A stretch of DNA of 64,000 nucleotides, taken from sequence record OR228459.1, one strand, 5' to 3'. Positions 20,887 to 33,099 of the stretch are shown one piece after another. How positions within the stretch are numbered: the first letter of the stretch is position 1; every line of letters starts with the position of its first letter. The notes beneath the pieces were generated by a model, which was not told where the DNA came from, made no database searches, and saw only the letters and a list, made by a program, of their open reading frames with translations. The position numbers and the translations under genes are program-made.

Positions 20887-21393
20887 ATGAAAGAAATTAT
20901 TGCCAATAAAGAAATCAAAGCTAAAACTGTTCGTCTAGTCACTGGCAGTGGTAGTGATGTAGTGGCAATTTCAGAAGCACTTAACCGTGCTGACGCATTG
21001 GGTCTTGACCTCATTCAAGTGAATGATGGTGATGTGCCTGTGGTTAAAATTGTGGATTTGAACAAACACAAGTTCGAACTCAAACAAGCAGAAAAAGAAG
21101 CACAACGTAAGCAGCGTCAGAACGTAACGCAAGTTAAAGAAGTTCAGTTCTCTTTCAAAACACAAGAGAATGATCTTAAAGTAAAAGCGAAATCTGCTTC
21201 CAAATTCCTTTCAGAAGGAAAACATGTTCGTGTCGTAATGGCAGTTGAAGGGCGTATCGCTGGTAACCAAGCACTACTAGAACAGAATACATCCTTCTTG
21301 AAACAATTCGTAAATCGTCTCGGTGATGTAGAATTTGTTCAAAATGTTGAAGTACAGGGCAAAAAAGCCACGTGTGTAATCAAGAACAAATAA
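20887..21393 (+). CDS. infC: translation initiation factor IF-3
   Basis: ANKEIKAKTVRLV, ALNRADALGLDLIQV, PVVKIVDLNKHKF, KEVQF, FLSEGKHVRV two-domain layout. Confidence 0.9.
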   Translation: MKEIIANKEIKAKTVRLVTGSGSDVVAISEALNRADALGLDLIQVNDGDVPVVKIVDLNKHKFELKQAEKEAQRKQRQNVTQVKEVQFSFKTQENDLKVKAKSASKFLSEGKHVRVVMAVEGRIAGNQALLEQNTSFLKQFVNRLGDVEFVQNVEVQGKKATCVIKNK

Positions 21394-21405
21394 CGAGGTA
21401 TTAAT

Positions 21406-21957
21406 ATGAAACAACTTGAAGTACAGGAAGTATTCTCCCTAGATTCATATAGTGTTATCAAAGCATCTTATGGGGAATCTAATTATTACATCGCTGGTAA
21501 ACATGACATTACTGACTACGTTAATGCTGTAGCACGTGGTTCACAAGAGCGTAATGTCAATAAGAATGTACTTGAAGAAGGTTTACGTTTATTCTTCAGG
21601 CATAATCCCGAAAAAGATGTACTTAATGTACCCACATTCGACCTAGTACTGTATGATGACCCAAACACTTCTGCTGAATATGTTATGGAAATGTGTATGG
21701 ATCTATTTCATTACAATGAGGAACAGGCAGAAGCAGTTGTTAAAGCTCTAAACGGTAAAGAACATTGCTATGCAGTTGGCTCTTTCACTGAAGAAATGTG
21801 TATTACTTATGCATCAATGTTCATGAATGGAAATCAGCAGCTAAATCAAAATCTTGGGGTTGACTATATCCCCAATCCAATTAAGCCTCAAAGCTATGAA
21901 GCAGCGATGGCAACGTTAGAAAACTTAATCCGTCGCGATTACCCTAACGATATCTAA
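21406..21957 (+). CDS. clpS: ClpS-like N-degron adaptor with N-terminal extension
   Basis: LVLYDDPNTSAEYVMEMCMDLFHYNEEQAEAVV...GSFTEE resembles the ClpS core. Confidence 0.7.
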   Translation: MKQLEVQEVFSLDSYSVIKASYGESNYYIAGKHDITDYVNAVARGSQERNVNKNVLEEGLRLFFRHNPEKDVLNVPTFDLVLYDDPNTSAEYVMEMCMDLFHYNEEQAEAVVKALNGKEHCYAVGSFTEEMCITYASMFMNGNQQLNQNLGVDYIPNPIKPQSYEAAMATLENLIRRDYPNDI

Positions 21958-21963
21958 TCAAAT

Positions 21964-24119
<2,156 letters not shown>

Positions 24120-26756
24120 ATGCCTAGTAAATCAAAAGCACAAGCAAGATTCTTCGCGGCAGCAGCACACAACCCTGACTTTGCTAAAAAAGCAGGGATT
24201 TCATCTAGTGCAGCCAAAGAATGGAATCAGGCAGATAAAAAAGCAGGAACTCTCAAGAAAGGTTCCAAAAAACCAGAACGTGTTAAAGAAGAAATCCTCG
24301 ACGAAGAAATTCTAGATGAAGCGAGTGGTGTTGGTAATTTTCCAGTACCACCATCTTCAATGAAGTTAATTAGAAAATATGCTTCATCTATTCTTTTAAC
24401 ATATGCATATAAATCCTATCAGAAATATGCTAACAGTACTGACGATGATGAATTGGATAAGCTAGCAGCTAAGAAGATTTTACCATTCTTACAACGTTTC
24501 CAGAAGAAATTCGATGCTTCAGTACTAAATGATGCAAGTATGAAGCGTTATGTTAACCAAAGTATTAGTGTACCATTAGATCACGAAGCTGTGTTTAATG
24601 AGTTGCCTAAATCTTTGCAAACAGAAAAAGTTCATGCTATTATTAATAAAATGCGTCTATTCATTACATTCGATGCACGATATGGCAGTAGGGCTGGTGG
24701 TCATGCTAGACAGATCAATGCAAACACAACAGAAATTGTATTGGCACTACATCCAAGTTATTATGAATTTAGCGTTGCTGGTGGTACTGATAGTCTAGAA
24801 AATACTATGCACCAATTACAATATTTCATGAGCGGAATTGACCATGAAGTACAACATGCTTTTCAACAGATTGTAACTGCTCAAGTAAGTTCTGAAAATG
24901 ATAAGAATAGAGAACAGAAACAAGGTTATGGTAGTATGGACGATGCATATTTTGCAAGTGGTGTTGAATTTGGCCCACAAACACAAGATATGATTAACAT
25001 TGCCAATCACTGGCTTGAAATTCAAAATGATGAAGGGAAACTATCCGGTAAGCCAAATGTGGATATTTCAAACGCGATTAAGTACGTTATGAATCGCATG
25101 AAAACAACACAGGGTCGTATCTATAAAGCATTAATGAATTATAAAGAAGATGGTAGAGCCAAAAAACACTTAGCATTAATTTATAAAGGTATTGCTAAAG
25201 AGTACGAAAATATTTTAAATCAAGAAGAACACGGTGATTTAGATTTAGAACCAAAAGAAGTTGATGGTGGTGATGCAGAAAATCGCGTATACCATTCAAA
25301 TACAAATGGCCCAGATGATGAAGCTGATCCAAATAATCCGATGGTTAAGATTTATCGCAAGTTAGAACGCTACGGCATGTTGCCATATAGTATAGAAGAG
25401 AAACGTGAACATGGTAAAAGAGTTGATATAACTCAAAACCCATATAACGACCCATCTAATATGGTTTATGCAACAACTGATGGCGGTATTGTGCGTTTCT
25501 GGCATCGCAATAACGTAATTGAAATTCAAGCGTGGTCTGATGGTAAAAACCCTTCAGATGGAAATATGGTTTCAGTTAATATTCCTGAAGATAAAGTATC
25601 TATTGTCATTGATAATTCAAATATGTTTGATAATTTTAAATCCATTGAGAACTTCACAAAAACTGCGGAACAAGATATGAATGCAGTTACTATGTCTATC
25701 GATGAAATAGCAGATCAATTCCAATCATGGTACGATAATGCGGCTTTCTGGTATGATGATACTGAAGGTAAAGGTTTAAACTTTGAATTAGATGAAGGAA
25801 CAGTGTTCTTTAATTTAAAAGGAACACGTTATTCAATGTATATTCAAGAAGCATTAAAAGATGCAGCAGTACTTTACAATACTACAACAGAAGAAGAAAT
25901 TGGATACATTAAGTACTCAGATCTTGAAGAGGTAATGACTTCTATTTTCTCTTTATATTTCCAAGGAACAGAACGTCAATTCAACAGGCTAATTAAAAAT
26001 CTAGGAACAAGCTCAGGATATATTGATATGAAATCTTTAGATGAAACATGGAAATATGTTGTTGATAGTTCCAAGAAGCCAGTAGAAGAATCGTCTATGC
26101 GTGGTTTCATGGATTTAGTACAAGATGCGGAAATTGCAGATAGTATTGATCAAGCTGATAAAATGACACTTTCAAATCTAGAGCGTCGTAAAGCTAAAAA
26201 AAGTAATGATAATATCAATCAATTAGGAGAAGAAGAACAATTAGATGAAATGCCACAGCGTTTTGATTCATTCCAAGATCAAAATCCTGATGAATTTGTT
26301 GATAAAACCGCTGAACTAACTGGTAAGAGTAATTTAGTTCCTTTTTCCGAGCATCCAAACTTTACCGTAATGCGTAATAAGAACTATACTGGTTTTATTG
26401 CATTTGATAAAGAAGGTAAGCAAATTGCTGTAGTTAGTGGTTATCTATCACAAGATGCTGTACTAGGTGTTAAGAATGTATTTGAAGTAGCTGCGACCGC
26501 ATCTAAGACTTCAGTTAAAGGTGTTATGTATCAAATCTTCATGGATATGATTAACGCTGGTATTTCAGTACTAAGCGACACTTTACATTCTGATAGTGCT
26601 ATTAAATTCTGGACTCGCTTAATCAGTTCACATAATGTATATGTTGTGGGTGATGGTGAAGTTCTAGCAAAAGCAACACCAGAAAAAGTACACAAGTACT
26701 GGAGTGATGATGAGAACAGCCCAAGTGCTGAACTTCAACTTCTCTTAACGAAGTGA
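24120..26756 (+). CDS. multidomain polyvalent protein: small N-domain, zincin domain, C-terminal GNAT-like domain
   Basis: MPSKSKAQARFFAAAAHNP N-terminus, HEVQH plus YFASGVE, SDTLHSDSAIKFW; ILDE/QLDE linkers. Confidence 0.65.
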   Translation: MPSKSKAQARFFAAAAHNPDFAKKAGISSSAAKEWNQADKKAGTLKKGSKKPERVKEEILDEEILDEASGVGNFPVPPSSMKLIRKYASSILLTYAYKSYQKYANSTDDDELDKLAAKKILPFLQRFQKKFDASVLNDASMKRYVNQSISVPLDHEAVFNELPKSLQTEKVHAIINKMRLFITFDARYGSRAGGHARQINANTTEIVLALHPSYYEFSVAGGTDSLENTMHQLQYFMSGIDHEVQHAFQQIVTAQVSSENDKNREQKQGYGSMDDAYFASGVEFGPQTQDMINIANHWLEIQNDEGKLSGKPNVDISNAIKYVMNRMKTTQGRIYKALMNYKEDGRAKKHLALIYKGIAKEYENILNQEEHGDLDLEPKEVDGGDAENRVYHSNTNGPDDEADPNNPMVKIYRKLERYGMLPYSIEEKREHGKRVDITQNPYNDPSNMVYATTDGGIVRFWHRNNVIEIQAWSDGKNPSDGNMVSVNIPEDKVSIVIDNSNMFDNFKSIENFTKTAEQDMNAVTMSIDEIADQFQSWYDNAAFWYDDTEGKGLNFELDEGTVFFNLKGTRYSMYIQEALKDAAVLYNTTTEEEIGYIKYSDLEEVMTSIFSLYFQGTERQFNRLIKNLGTSSGYIDMKSLDETWKYVVDSSKKPVEESSMRGFMDLVQDAEIADSIDQADKMTLSNLERRKAKKSNDNINQLGEEEQLDEMPQRFDSFQDQNPDEFVDKTAELTGKSNLVPFSEHPNFTVMRNKNYTGFIAFDKEGKQIAVVSGYLSQDAVLGVKNVFEVAATASKTSVKGVMYQIFMDMINAGISVLSDTLHSDSAIKFWTRLISSHNVYVVGDGEVLAKATPEKVHKYWSDDENSPSAELQLLLTK

Positions 26757-26776
26757 AAATCTGAAAGATAAATAAA

Positions 26777-26812
26777 ATCGGAAGCATCCTGTGATGTTTC
26801 CGATATTTTTTT
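26777..26812 (+). terminator. Rho-independent terminator
   Basis: ATCGGAAGCATC-ctgt-GATGTTTCCGAT then a T-run. Confidence 0.75.
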
Positions 26813-26841
26813 GAGACAAAGAAGCAAAAATGTGATATAAT
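26811..26841 (+). promoter_or_regulatory. phage-specific GGGACA-class promoter upstream of topoisomerase
   Basis: TTGAGACAAA-N9-ATGTGA-TATAAT. Confidence 0.85.
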
Positions 26842-26878
26842 ATTAGAGCTAAGAAACAAAGAGACAAGGACAGCAAAA

Positions 26879-28852
26879 ATGGCAAAAGAAAAGAAATCCT
26901 CATCCGTGCTTTCTGAACATGACGTTCAGCGACTTAACGATTATCAACATGCTCGCATTCGTACTGAAATGTACTTAGGTTCACGTTCTGTTCACGAACA
27001 CCAAGTGGTGCTTTTCAGCGAAGAAGGCTATAACGTCCAGAACCTAGAATGGGTTCCAGCACTTGTTACAGCATTTCGTGAGATTATTGATAACTCTTTA
27101 GATGAGTTCAAAAAGGCTGGTACAAAAGATCCAGTACTTAAAATTCAATACAATGAAGAAGACCTATCATTTGAAATCAGTGATAATGGTCGTGGGATTC
27201 CAATTGACTATGTACCAGAGTTTGATGTACATCTATGTACAATGGTACTAACCGAGACTAAAACAGGTCGTAACTTCGATGACTCAAAACGCGAAGGTAC
27301 TATCGGTCAAAACGGTCTAGGGGGTTCAATTACGATGTGTGTGAGTTCTAAAGCAGAAATCGAAATCCATCGTAAAGGTCGCCCATACAAAACTGTTTCA
27401 TCCAATGACGGTTATGATGGCGTATATAAGTTCACCCAGAAGTTCAAAGAAGGTACTCTACTATTCCCTGAACTAGATATTCAAGAACCTACTATTCGCA
27501 AAGTACAAGCAGATAAAACAGGTACTTCTATTAGCTTTACGCTAAGTCCTGAAGTATTCAAGAATCGTAAACTTCCTATGGAACTTGTTTACAGTATTCT
27601 AAAAGAAATTGCTTCTGCTAACCCATCATATAAAATCATTCTTAATGGTAAGAAGATTGCCACTAAGACTAGCCCAGAGAAAACACTCTTTGGTGTAAAC
27701 AAAATGATGAATCTACATGTCGTAGATGAAAGCATTGGCTTTGACAGTACTTTCTACATTGTTCCAAATGCTGTTACTGGTATGAATACAAACTTCCATA
27801 TGCAAGGTATTGTAAATAATGCTCCAGCATTTGATGGTGGTACTCACCTCGAAACGTTCAAGAAACATTTTGCACTAGGTGTAAGTACTGCACTAGAAAA
27901 AGAATCTAAAAAGCGTAAGATGAATCCTAACCGGGCAGATATCGAAGAAGGTTTGATGATTTATAATGTGACAACAATGAATGCTCCTTCATTCAACTCA
28001 CAAATTAAATCCAAACTAACGAACGAAAACGTAGTACGTCCAGTACAGAAAGCGATGACACCAGAGTTCTTTGAAGAACTAGTTAAGAAGAATCGTGATT
28101 GGGTGGAAGAGATTTTCGAACGTACCGCTGCTCGTACAAACAAAAAAGACGCAGAAGAAGATCGTCGTTTAGCCAAGAAACTACTAAAGGCTAAAGTTGC
28201 AAAACTTCTCGATGCTACTGGTACTGATCGCAGTTCCTGTATCCTTCTAATTGCAGAAGGTGATTCCGCAGTAAGTAACATGTCTGCTGCTCGTGATTCA
28301 AAAGTACATGGCATTCTACCGTTACGTGGTAAAATTAAAAACGTAAACGGTACTGAGAAAACTAAAGACCTAATGGACAGTGATGCACTAAAAGATATTA
28401 TGGCTTCACTAAACCTTGTACCCGGACAGAAAGCAATACGTTCAGAATTGAACTACGGTAAACTTTATATCTGTGCCGACGAAGATGAGGATGGTAAAAA
28501 CATTGGTGCATTAGTTTGTAACTTCCTATTTAAATTCTGGCCTGAACTATTCGAAGATCCAGAAAATCCATTTGTTTATATCTTTAAAACTCCATTTATT
28601 ATTTTGGAGAAAGGTAAAGAAAGTCGTTATTACTATGGTCACAACGTAGATGAATACGTACCAGAAGAATGGAAAGGATGGAAAGCAACACGTGCTAAAG
28701 GTTTGGGTACTCTAGAAAAGAGTAACTTCCGTGATGCTTTAACTAACGGCGTAGCAATCGCGATTATTGACGATGGCAATCTAGGTACAACCCTAGACCT
28801 AATCTTTAACAAAGAACGTGCTGATGACCGTAAAGAATGGATGAAAGACTAA
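26879..28852 (+). CDS. type II DNA topoisomerase ATPase/TOPRIM subunit (T4 gp39+gp60 equivalent, GyrB/ParE-like)
   Basis: EIIDNSLDE, DNGRGIP, GQNGLG, EGDSA, PLRGK, DEDEDG, KGLG. Confidence 0.95.
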   Translation: MAKEKKSSSVLSEHDVQRLNDYQHARIRTEMYLGSRSVHEHQVVLFSEEGYNVQNLEWVPALVTAFREIIDNSLDEFKKAGTKDPVLKIQYNEEDLSFEISDNGRGIPIDYVPEFDVHLCTMVLTETKTGRNFDDSKREGTIGQNGLGGSITMCVSSKAEIEIHRKGRPYKTVSSNDGYDGVYKFTQKFKEGTLLFPELDIQEPTIRKVQADKTGTSISFTLSPEVFKNRKLPMELVYSILKEIASANPSYKIILNGKKIATKTSPEKTLFGVNKMMNLHVVDESIGFDSTFYIVPNAVTGMNTNFHMQGIVNNAPAFDGGTHLETFKKHFALGVSTALEKESKKRKMNPNRADIEEGLMIYNVTTMNAPSFNSQIKSKLTNENVVRPVQKAMTPEFFEELVKKNRDWVEEIFERTAARTNKKDAEEDRRLAKKLLKAKVAKLLDATGTDRSSCILLIAEGDSAVSNMSAARDSKVHGILPLRGKIKNVNGTEKTKDLMDSDALKDIMASLNLVPGQKAIRSELNYGKLYICADEDEDGKNIGALVCNFLFKFWPELFEDPENPFVYIFKTPFIILEKGKESRYYYGHNVDEYVPEEWKGWKATRAKGLGTLEKSNFRDALTNGVAIAIIDDGNLGTTLDLIFNKERADDRKEWMKD

Positions 28853-28862
28853 GATAAGAAAA

Positions 28863-28882
28863 GGGGTACTTGGATGTACCCC
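28863..28882 (+). other. intergenic hairpin between topoisomerase subunits
   Basis: GGGGTAC-ttggat-GTACCCC, no T-tail. Confidence 0.55.
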
Positions 28883-28904
28883 GAAATAACAAAGAGGCAA
28901 AGGA

Positions 28905-30323
28905 ATGGCTAAATCTACAAAGAAACAATCGTCTAATGCAATTGAAAATGCAACACTAACACTACTAAAATATAATAGTTCTGACTACATCAACCAATCG
29001 TCATTGGAATATGCTGTCAGTACTCTTGATCGGGGTATTCCCGGAATTGATGGCTTGAAAAGCTCTCAACGTAAAGCGATTTTTACGCTCAGTAAAATCT
29101 CAGGTGAGATTAAAACCGTATCAGCAGCAGGTCGCATGATTAGTGACGGTATCTACCTTCACGGTGATGCATCAGCATCCGGTACGCTACAAAACCTCGC
29201 AAGTCCCGTAGCAAACAACTATCCACTAATCGGCAAACGTGGTGGTTTCGGTACACAAGTCAATACCACTCCAGCTAGTGCTCGTTACACTTACGTTAAA
29301 CGTACCGCAGTAACTGAAGCGTTGGTTTTACGTGATATGGATATTGTACCAATGCAGGAAAACTACGATGGTACAACAATGGAACCAACTCACTTCCTAC
29401 CAATTATACCATTATCTTTATTCGGAAACGATAGTATGTCGGTTGGTTATAAGAGTTTGATTCTACCTTACAAGATTGAAGAAATTATTGATAACTGCAT
29501 TCGTGTTATCAATAAGAAAGAACTAAAAGAAATGACTCCATGCTTTACCTACCTAGGTGCAAGCGACGTAGTTGGAAAACTCGATGAGAATAAGTATGAG
29601 TTTTATGGACGTGCAGAAGTAATTGATGCAAGTACTGTAAAAATTCTAGGTCTACCACCTCGTGTAAAAATCGAAGCATTCATTGAAAAACTCATCGCAA
29701 TGCAAGACAGTGGTGAGATTCGTGACTACGATAATGACAGTACTGATACTATCGACATTACAATTAAACTACCACGTGGTACATGTGCCAAGTGGACGGA
29801 AAAGGATGTTATAAAGTACTTTGGACTTTCTAGTAAGCTAACACAATCTCTAGTTGTGTTAGGAGAAAACGGTTTAGTTAAAGTGTATAGTAGTACATCT
29901 GACTTAATTCGTGATTTCGTAAACTTCCGTTTCAAATATTACGTGAAGCGTTATGAGAATCTATTAGCGAAAGCAGAAGCAGAAGTACGTTATAAAGCAC
30001 TAGTAGCTAAATGTTTTGAGAACGAAATGGTTACGAAGATTAAAGATTTTCAAAACCGCCAAGAACTAGTTGAGTTTGTTACATCATTAAATGATGACAT
30101 TGGTGCAACCGATGAGAATATTCAAAACATCGTAAACTACGCATCATATCGTTGGACACAAGAGAACTATGATAAGACACTAGAAGAAATTCAAGCAGCT
30201 TTAGCCTTGATGAGTCAATATCAAGAACTACTTGATGACAAAGAACAAATTTGGCAAATTTATGCATCCGAACTTCGTGAACTACGTAAGATGGATTGCA
30301 CACCAAAAGCTGAAAAAGACTAA
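28905..30323 (+). CDS. type II DNA topoisomerase breakage-reunion subunit (T4 gp52, GyrA/ParC-like)
   Basis: DGLKSSQRK, YLHGDAS, catalytic ASARYT. Confidence 0.95.
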   Translation: MAKSTKKQSSNAIENATLTLLKYNSSDYINQSSLEYAVSTLDRGIPGIDGLKSSQRKAIFTLSKISGEIKTVSAAGRMISDGIYLHGDASASGTLQNLASPVANNYPLIGKRGGFGTQVNTTPASARYTYVKRTAVTEALVLRDMDIVPMQENYDGTTMEPTHFLPIIPLSLFGNDSMSVGYKSLILPYKIEEIIDNCIRVINKKELKEMTPCFTYLGASDVVGKLDENKYEFYGRAEVIDASTVKILGLPPRVKIEAFIEKLIAMQDSGEIRDYDNDSTDTIDITIKLPRGTCAKWTEKDVIKYFGLSSKLTQSLVVLGENGLVKVYSSTSDLIRDFVNFRFKYYVKRYENLLAKAEAEVRYKALVAKCFENEMVTKIKDFQNRQELVEFVTSLNDDIGATDENIQNIVNYASYRWTQENYDKTLEEIQAALALMSQYQELLDDKEQIWQIYASELRELRKMDCTPKAEKD

Positions 30324-30329
30324 TTATTA

Positions 30330-30350
30330 AAGGATGCCTAGTGCATCCTT
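30330..30350 (+). terminator. terminator-like hairpin after the topoisomerase operon
   Basis: AAGGATGC-ctagt-GCATCCTT. Confidence 0.6.
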
Positions 30351-30356
30351 TACTAT

Positions 30357-30364
30357 TATAAATA
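30357..30364 (+). promoter_or_regulatory. T4-type late promoter TATAAATA
   Basis: Exact octamer 33 nt upstream of ATG 30397. Confidence 0.6.
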
Positions 30365-30396
30365 CGTTAGCTTTTAAATATTTTGGAGAATTAAAT

Positions 30397-32781
30397 ATGG
30401 CAAATTTTCAGCCTCGCTGGGACTTGAAAGCTGATACAACTGTGATTTCGGAAGGTGAGCAAACTTATGTTCGCATTCAATTAAGAAAAAATGATGACGG
30501 TACTAGCCTTGAGTATAAATTAAAAGATGAACAGTACTTAGAATTAACCTATACTATTTCTGGAAGCGGAGAAACATTAGACGAACGTGATTTTGAACTT
30601 TATGTTGGTGAAGATATAAGTAAGCTAGTTAATATTAAAGATGGTACAACGGGCATTAGAACAATCTTTGGTCAGCATGTAGTTAAATTGTCTAAAAAAC
30701 AATTCAATCTTGCTAGTAATACTCAAATAATTGATGTATACTATATGAAGTTAGTTTGTGTTGATGACGGTATTTGGGATGGCCCTGAAAAACTTCAATT
30801 CACATTAAACACAATGGATGAGGTAACATTAACAGATGACCAAATTTCAAACCAAGAATCAGCAGGTACTATTGGTAATAATCGAGTTGAAATAAATTAT
30901 AATGACAGTAATGAAATATGGGTTACACCAAGTGTGATTGCACGTGGAGAAAAGTACACGATTGGTGCGTTAGGATATGGTTCAGATAGTCGTTTATTCG
31001 TTGATTCATTTGGACGTACTCGTATTTTTGATGATGAAATTGATATCAATGAATATCCCAATGATAGCTCGAATCGAGTATTTTATCCTACATATAAAAT
31101 TGAAAGAATTTCAATGAATAGTATACCTACTGAACATATAACAGGTAGCGGTACTATTTTAGTTCCACAAACTTCAGATTTAATTGAAGAAACTGACATT
31201 GTTATTATGGATACATTGGGTAATTTTGTGAGTACTGGATTGAAGTTTAATGCAAATGGTCAAATATTACAAACTATGATATATGAATCAGACCCAATTG
31301 ATGCTTATTTCAGGGCGACGATTGTACCATTAACTTCCTACTATAAATCACCATCTGATGCATTTTATGTTGGTAAAAGATTCAAAGCATATCAAATGTG
31401 GGTTTGTCCAGATGATCACACATACATTAAGGGTAATGTACAACCGGGACATTTGTACCAATTAAAAGATAACGTTATCTATCCGTATGTTATTAAATCA
31501 GAATATATCAATGGTGTAGAATATGCATTATTCGAAGAAGAAATGTGGAATGATTTAGGTGTATATTCGGTTAAACTTGGTGGTGATATTATTAATCAAA
31601 CACGCCTATTCCGTATATTAGTAAATGCTAGTACAGGTGGTGGTATCGATTTTGAAACTGATGCCAACTTAGGTAGAATTCATGTTGGTGAGTACTTTGG
31701 TCATACAGTTTATCCTGTCATCAAAGCAAGTGGTACTTTTGTTACCTACCGAGTAGACTATGATTCATCGCCTGATGACATTAGAAAGTACGGTATTGAT
31801 TTAACGGCTGATGGATTTATGGTCGGTACTGCATATGCTAGAAGTAATGATTTCTCAGCTAACGATGATATTAAACTTGAATTTGATGTTATAGCAAACG
31901 AAAAGAGTGGTACAACTGTTACTAAACGATTCAACATTACAATTATTCGTGGTTTTGGACAGAACTTTCTAACTGCACACATTGCACCAAGTAAGACTTT
32001 CGAACGTGCATGGTTTGCTAGCATTGCAACATCAAACTATTATTTAAACAAAACTTACTACCGGGAAAGTGATGATAGATATGGAATACAAAAGATTCCA
32101 CGTCTGCTATTGAAAGAAAACTTTGTCTCCCAGAACTTTAATTTTGTTTCCATTAAAGAAACTAAAAAGTTGTTATCAAAGACTATTGTTGACCCAGATT
32201 TTGGTGCTCCAGTACCGAATGGTGTCTTCTCATTAGTAATGGGTAATTATAAGATAACATCTGCACTTGACAATCTCGGAAATGTGGTGTATGATTTACT
32301 CTACCGTGAACTTCATCCATCAGGTACACGTGTTGATGTGAGCATGAATCCTCATGTTTATACGACAACGAACAATGATGTGTTTGCTGAAATATTTGGT
32401 TTGCGTCAGAATGTATTCAAGGCGGTTGGGGAAGATGTAACAAACCTATACACTGACCCTGATGACTTCCGTGATCGTGCATTGGTAGTTCCTCCAATAG
32501 CTGGATTATCAGATGAAATGACTGATACAGTCCCACGTTTCATGAATCACCCGTATGAAGAATATGGTTTAAAACCACAATTCATGCCTATACTACCTGT
32601 TGCGTATTTCAAACCCGGTCAAGCAGAAGCATTCTTTACTAAACTTGTGCAAAGTAATGAGCACAGTACTTTAGTAAATACCGAGTTCGAAGTACATGGT
32701 GTGGAATTTACTTTCCACACTTCTGAATATGAATTATATGTGAAAGATAAATTTATTATTCCATTAGTAGGTAAGCAATAA
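30397..32781 (+). CDS. large virion structural protein (baseplate/tail-like, Calx-beta-like segment)
   Basis: Late promoter, GGAG SD at ATG 30397, beta-rich, DDGIWDGPEKLQFTL. Confidence 0.55.
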   Translation: MANFQPRWDLKADTTVISEGEQTYVRIQLRKNDDGTSLEYKLKDEQYLELTYTISGSGETLDERDFELYVGEDISKLVNIKDGTTGIRTIFGQHVVKLSKKQFNLASNTQIIDVYYMKLVCVDDGIWDGPEKLQFTLNTMDEVTLTDDQISNQESAGTIGNNRVEINYNDSNEIWVTPSVIARGEKYTIGALGYGSDSRLFVDSFGRTRIFDDEIDINEYPNDSSNRVFYPTYKIERISMNSIPTEHITGSGTILVPQTSDLIEETDIVIMDTLGNFVSTGLKFNANGQILQTMIYESDPIDAYFRATIVPLTSYYKSPSDAFYVGKRFKAYQMWVCPDDHTYIKGNVQPGHLYQLKDNVIYPYVIKSEYINGVEYALFEEEMWNDLGVYSVKLGGDIINQTRLFRILVNASTGGGIDFETDANLGRIHVGEYFGHTVYPVIKASGTFVTYRVDYDSSPDDIRKYGIDLTADGFMVGTAYARSNDFSANDDIKLEFDVIANEKSGTTVTKRFNITIIRGFGQNFLTAHIAPSKTFERAWFASIATSNYYLNKTYYRESDDRYGIQKIPRLLLKENFVSQNFNFVSIKETKKLLSKTIVDPDFGAPVPNGVFSLVMGNYKITSALDNLGNVVYDLLYRELHPSGTRVDVSMNPHVYTTTNNDVFAEIFGLRQNVFKAVGEDVTNLYTDPDDFRDRALVVPPIAGLSDEMTDTVPRFMNHPYEEYGLKPQFMPILPVAYFKPGQAEAFFTKLVQSNEHSTLVNTEFEVHGVEFTFHTSEYELYVKDKFIIPLVGKQ

Positions 32782-32790
32782 GGAGATTGT

Positions 32791-33099
32791 ATGTTTGATC
32801 CATTTTTTGACCCATCGGGTATGACTGATAAGGAATTACAACAAAAAATCTTTGATATGAGTAATCGTATAACACAAGCACGTAATGCTGGAATGCCATC
32901 AGACATGATAGTACGTATGTACCTTGTTATTGATGCATGTGATGAAGAAATGTTATTTCGTGCATCTAGAAAGGAATACGAACAACTCGAAGATGAAGAT
33001 ACATGTGTATTCGATACCGAGTCTTACTTGAATAAAGAAGAGGATAAGAATAAAAAACATGAAAGTCCAAGGAAACAGATATATAAATCAGGATGGTGA
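32791..33099 (+). CDS. hypothetical protein
   Basis: AGGAG SD; 102 aa. Confidence 0.7.
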   Translation: MFDPFFDPSGMTDKELQQKIFDMSNRITQARNAGMPSDMIVRMYLVIDACDEEMLFRASRKEYEQLEDEDTCVFDTESYLNKEEDKNKKHESPRKQIYKSGW

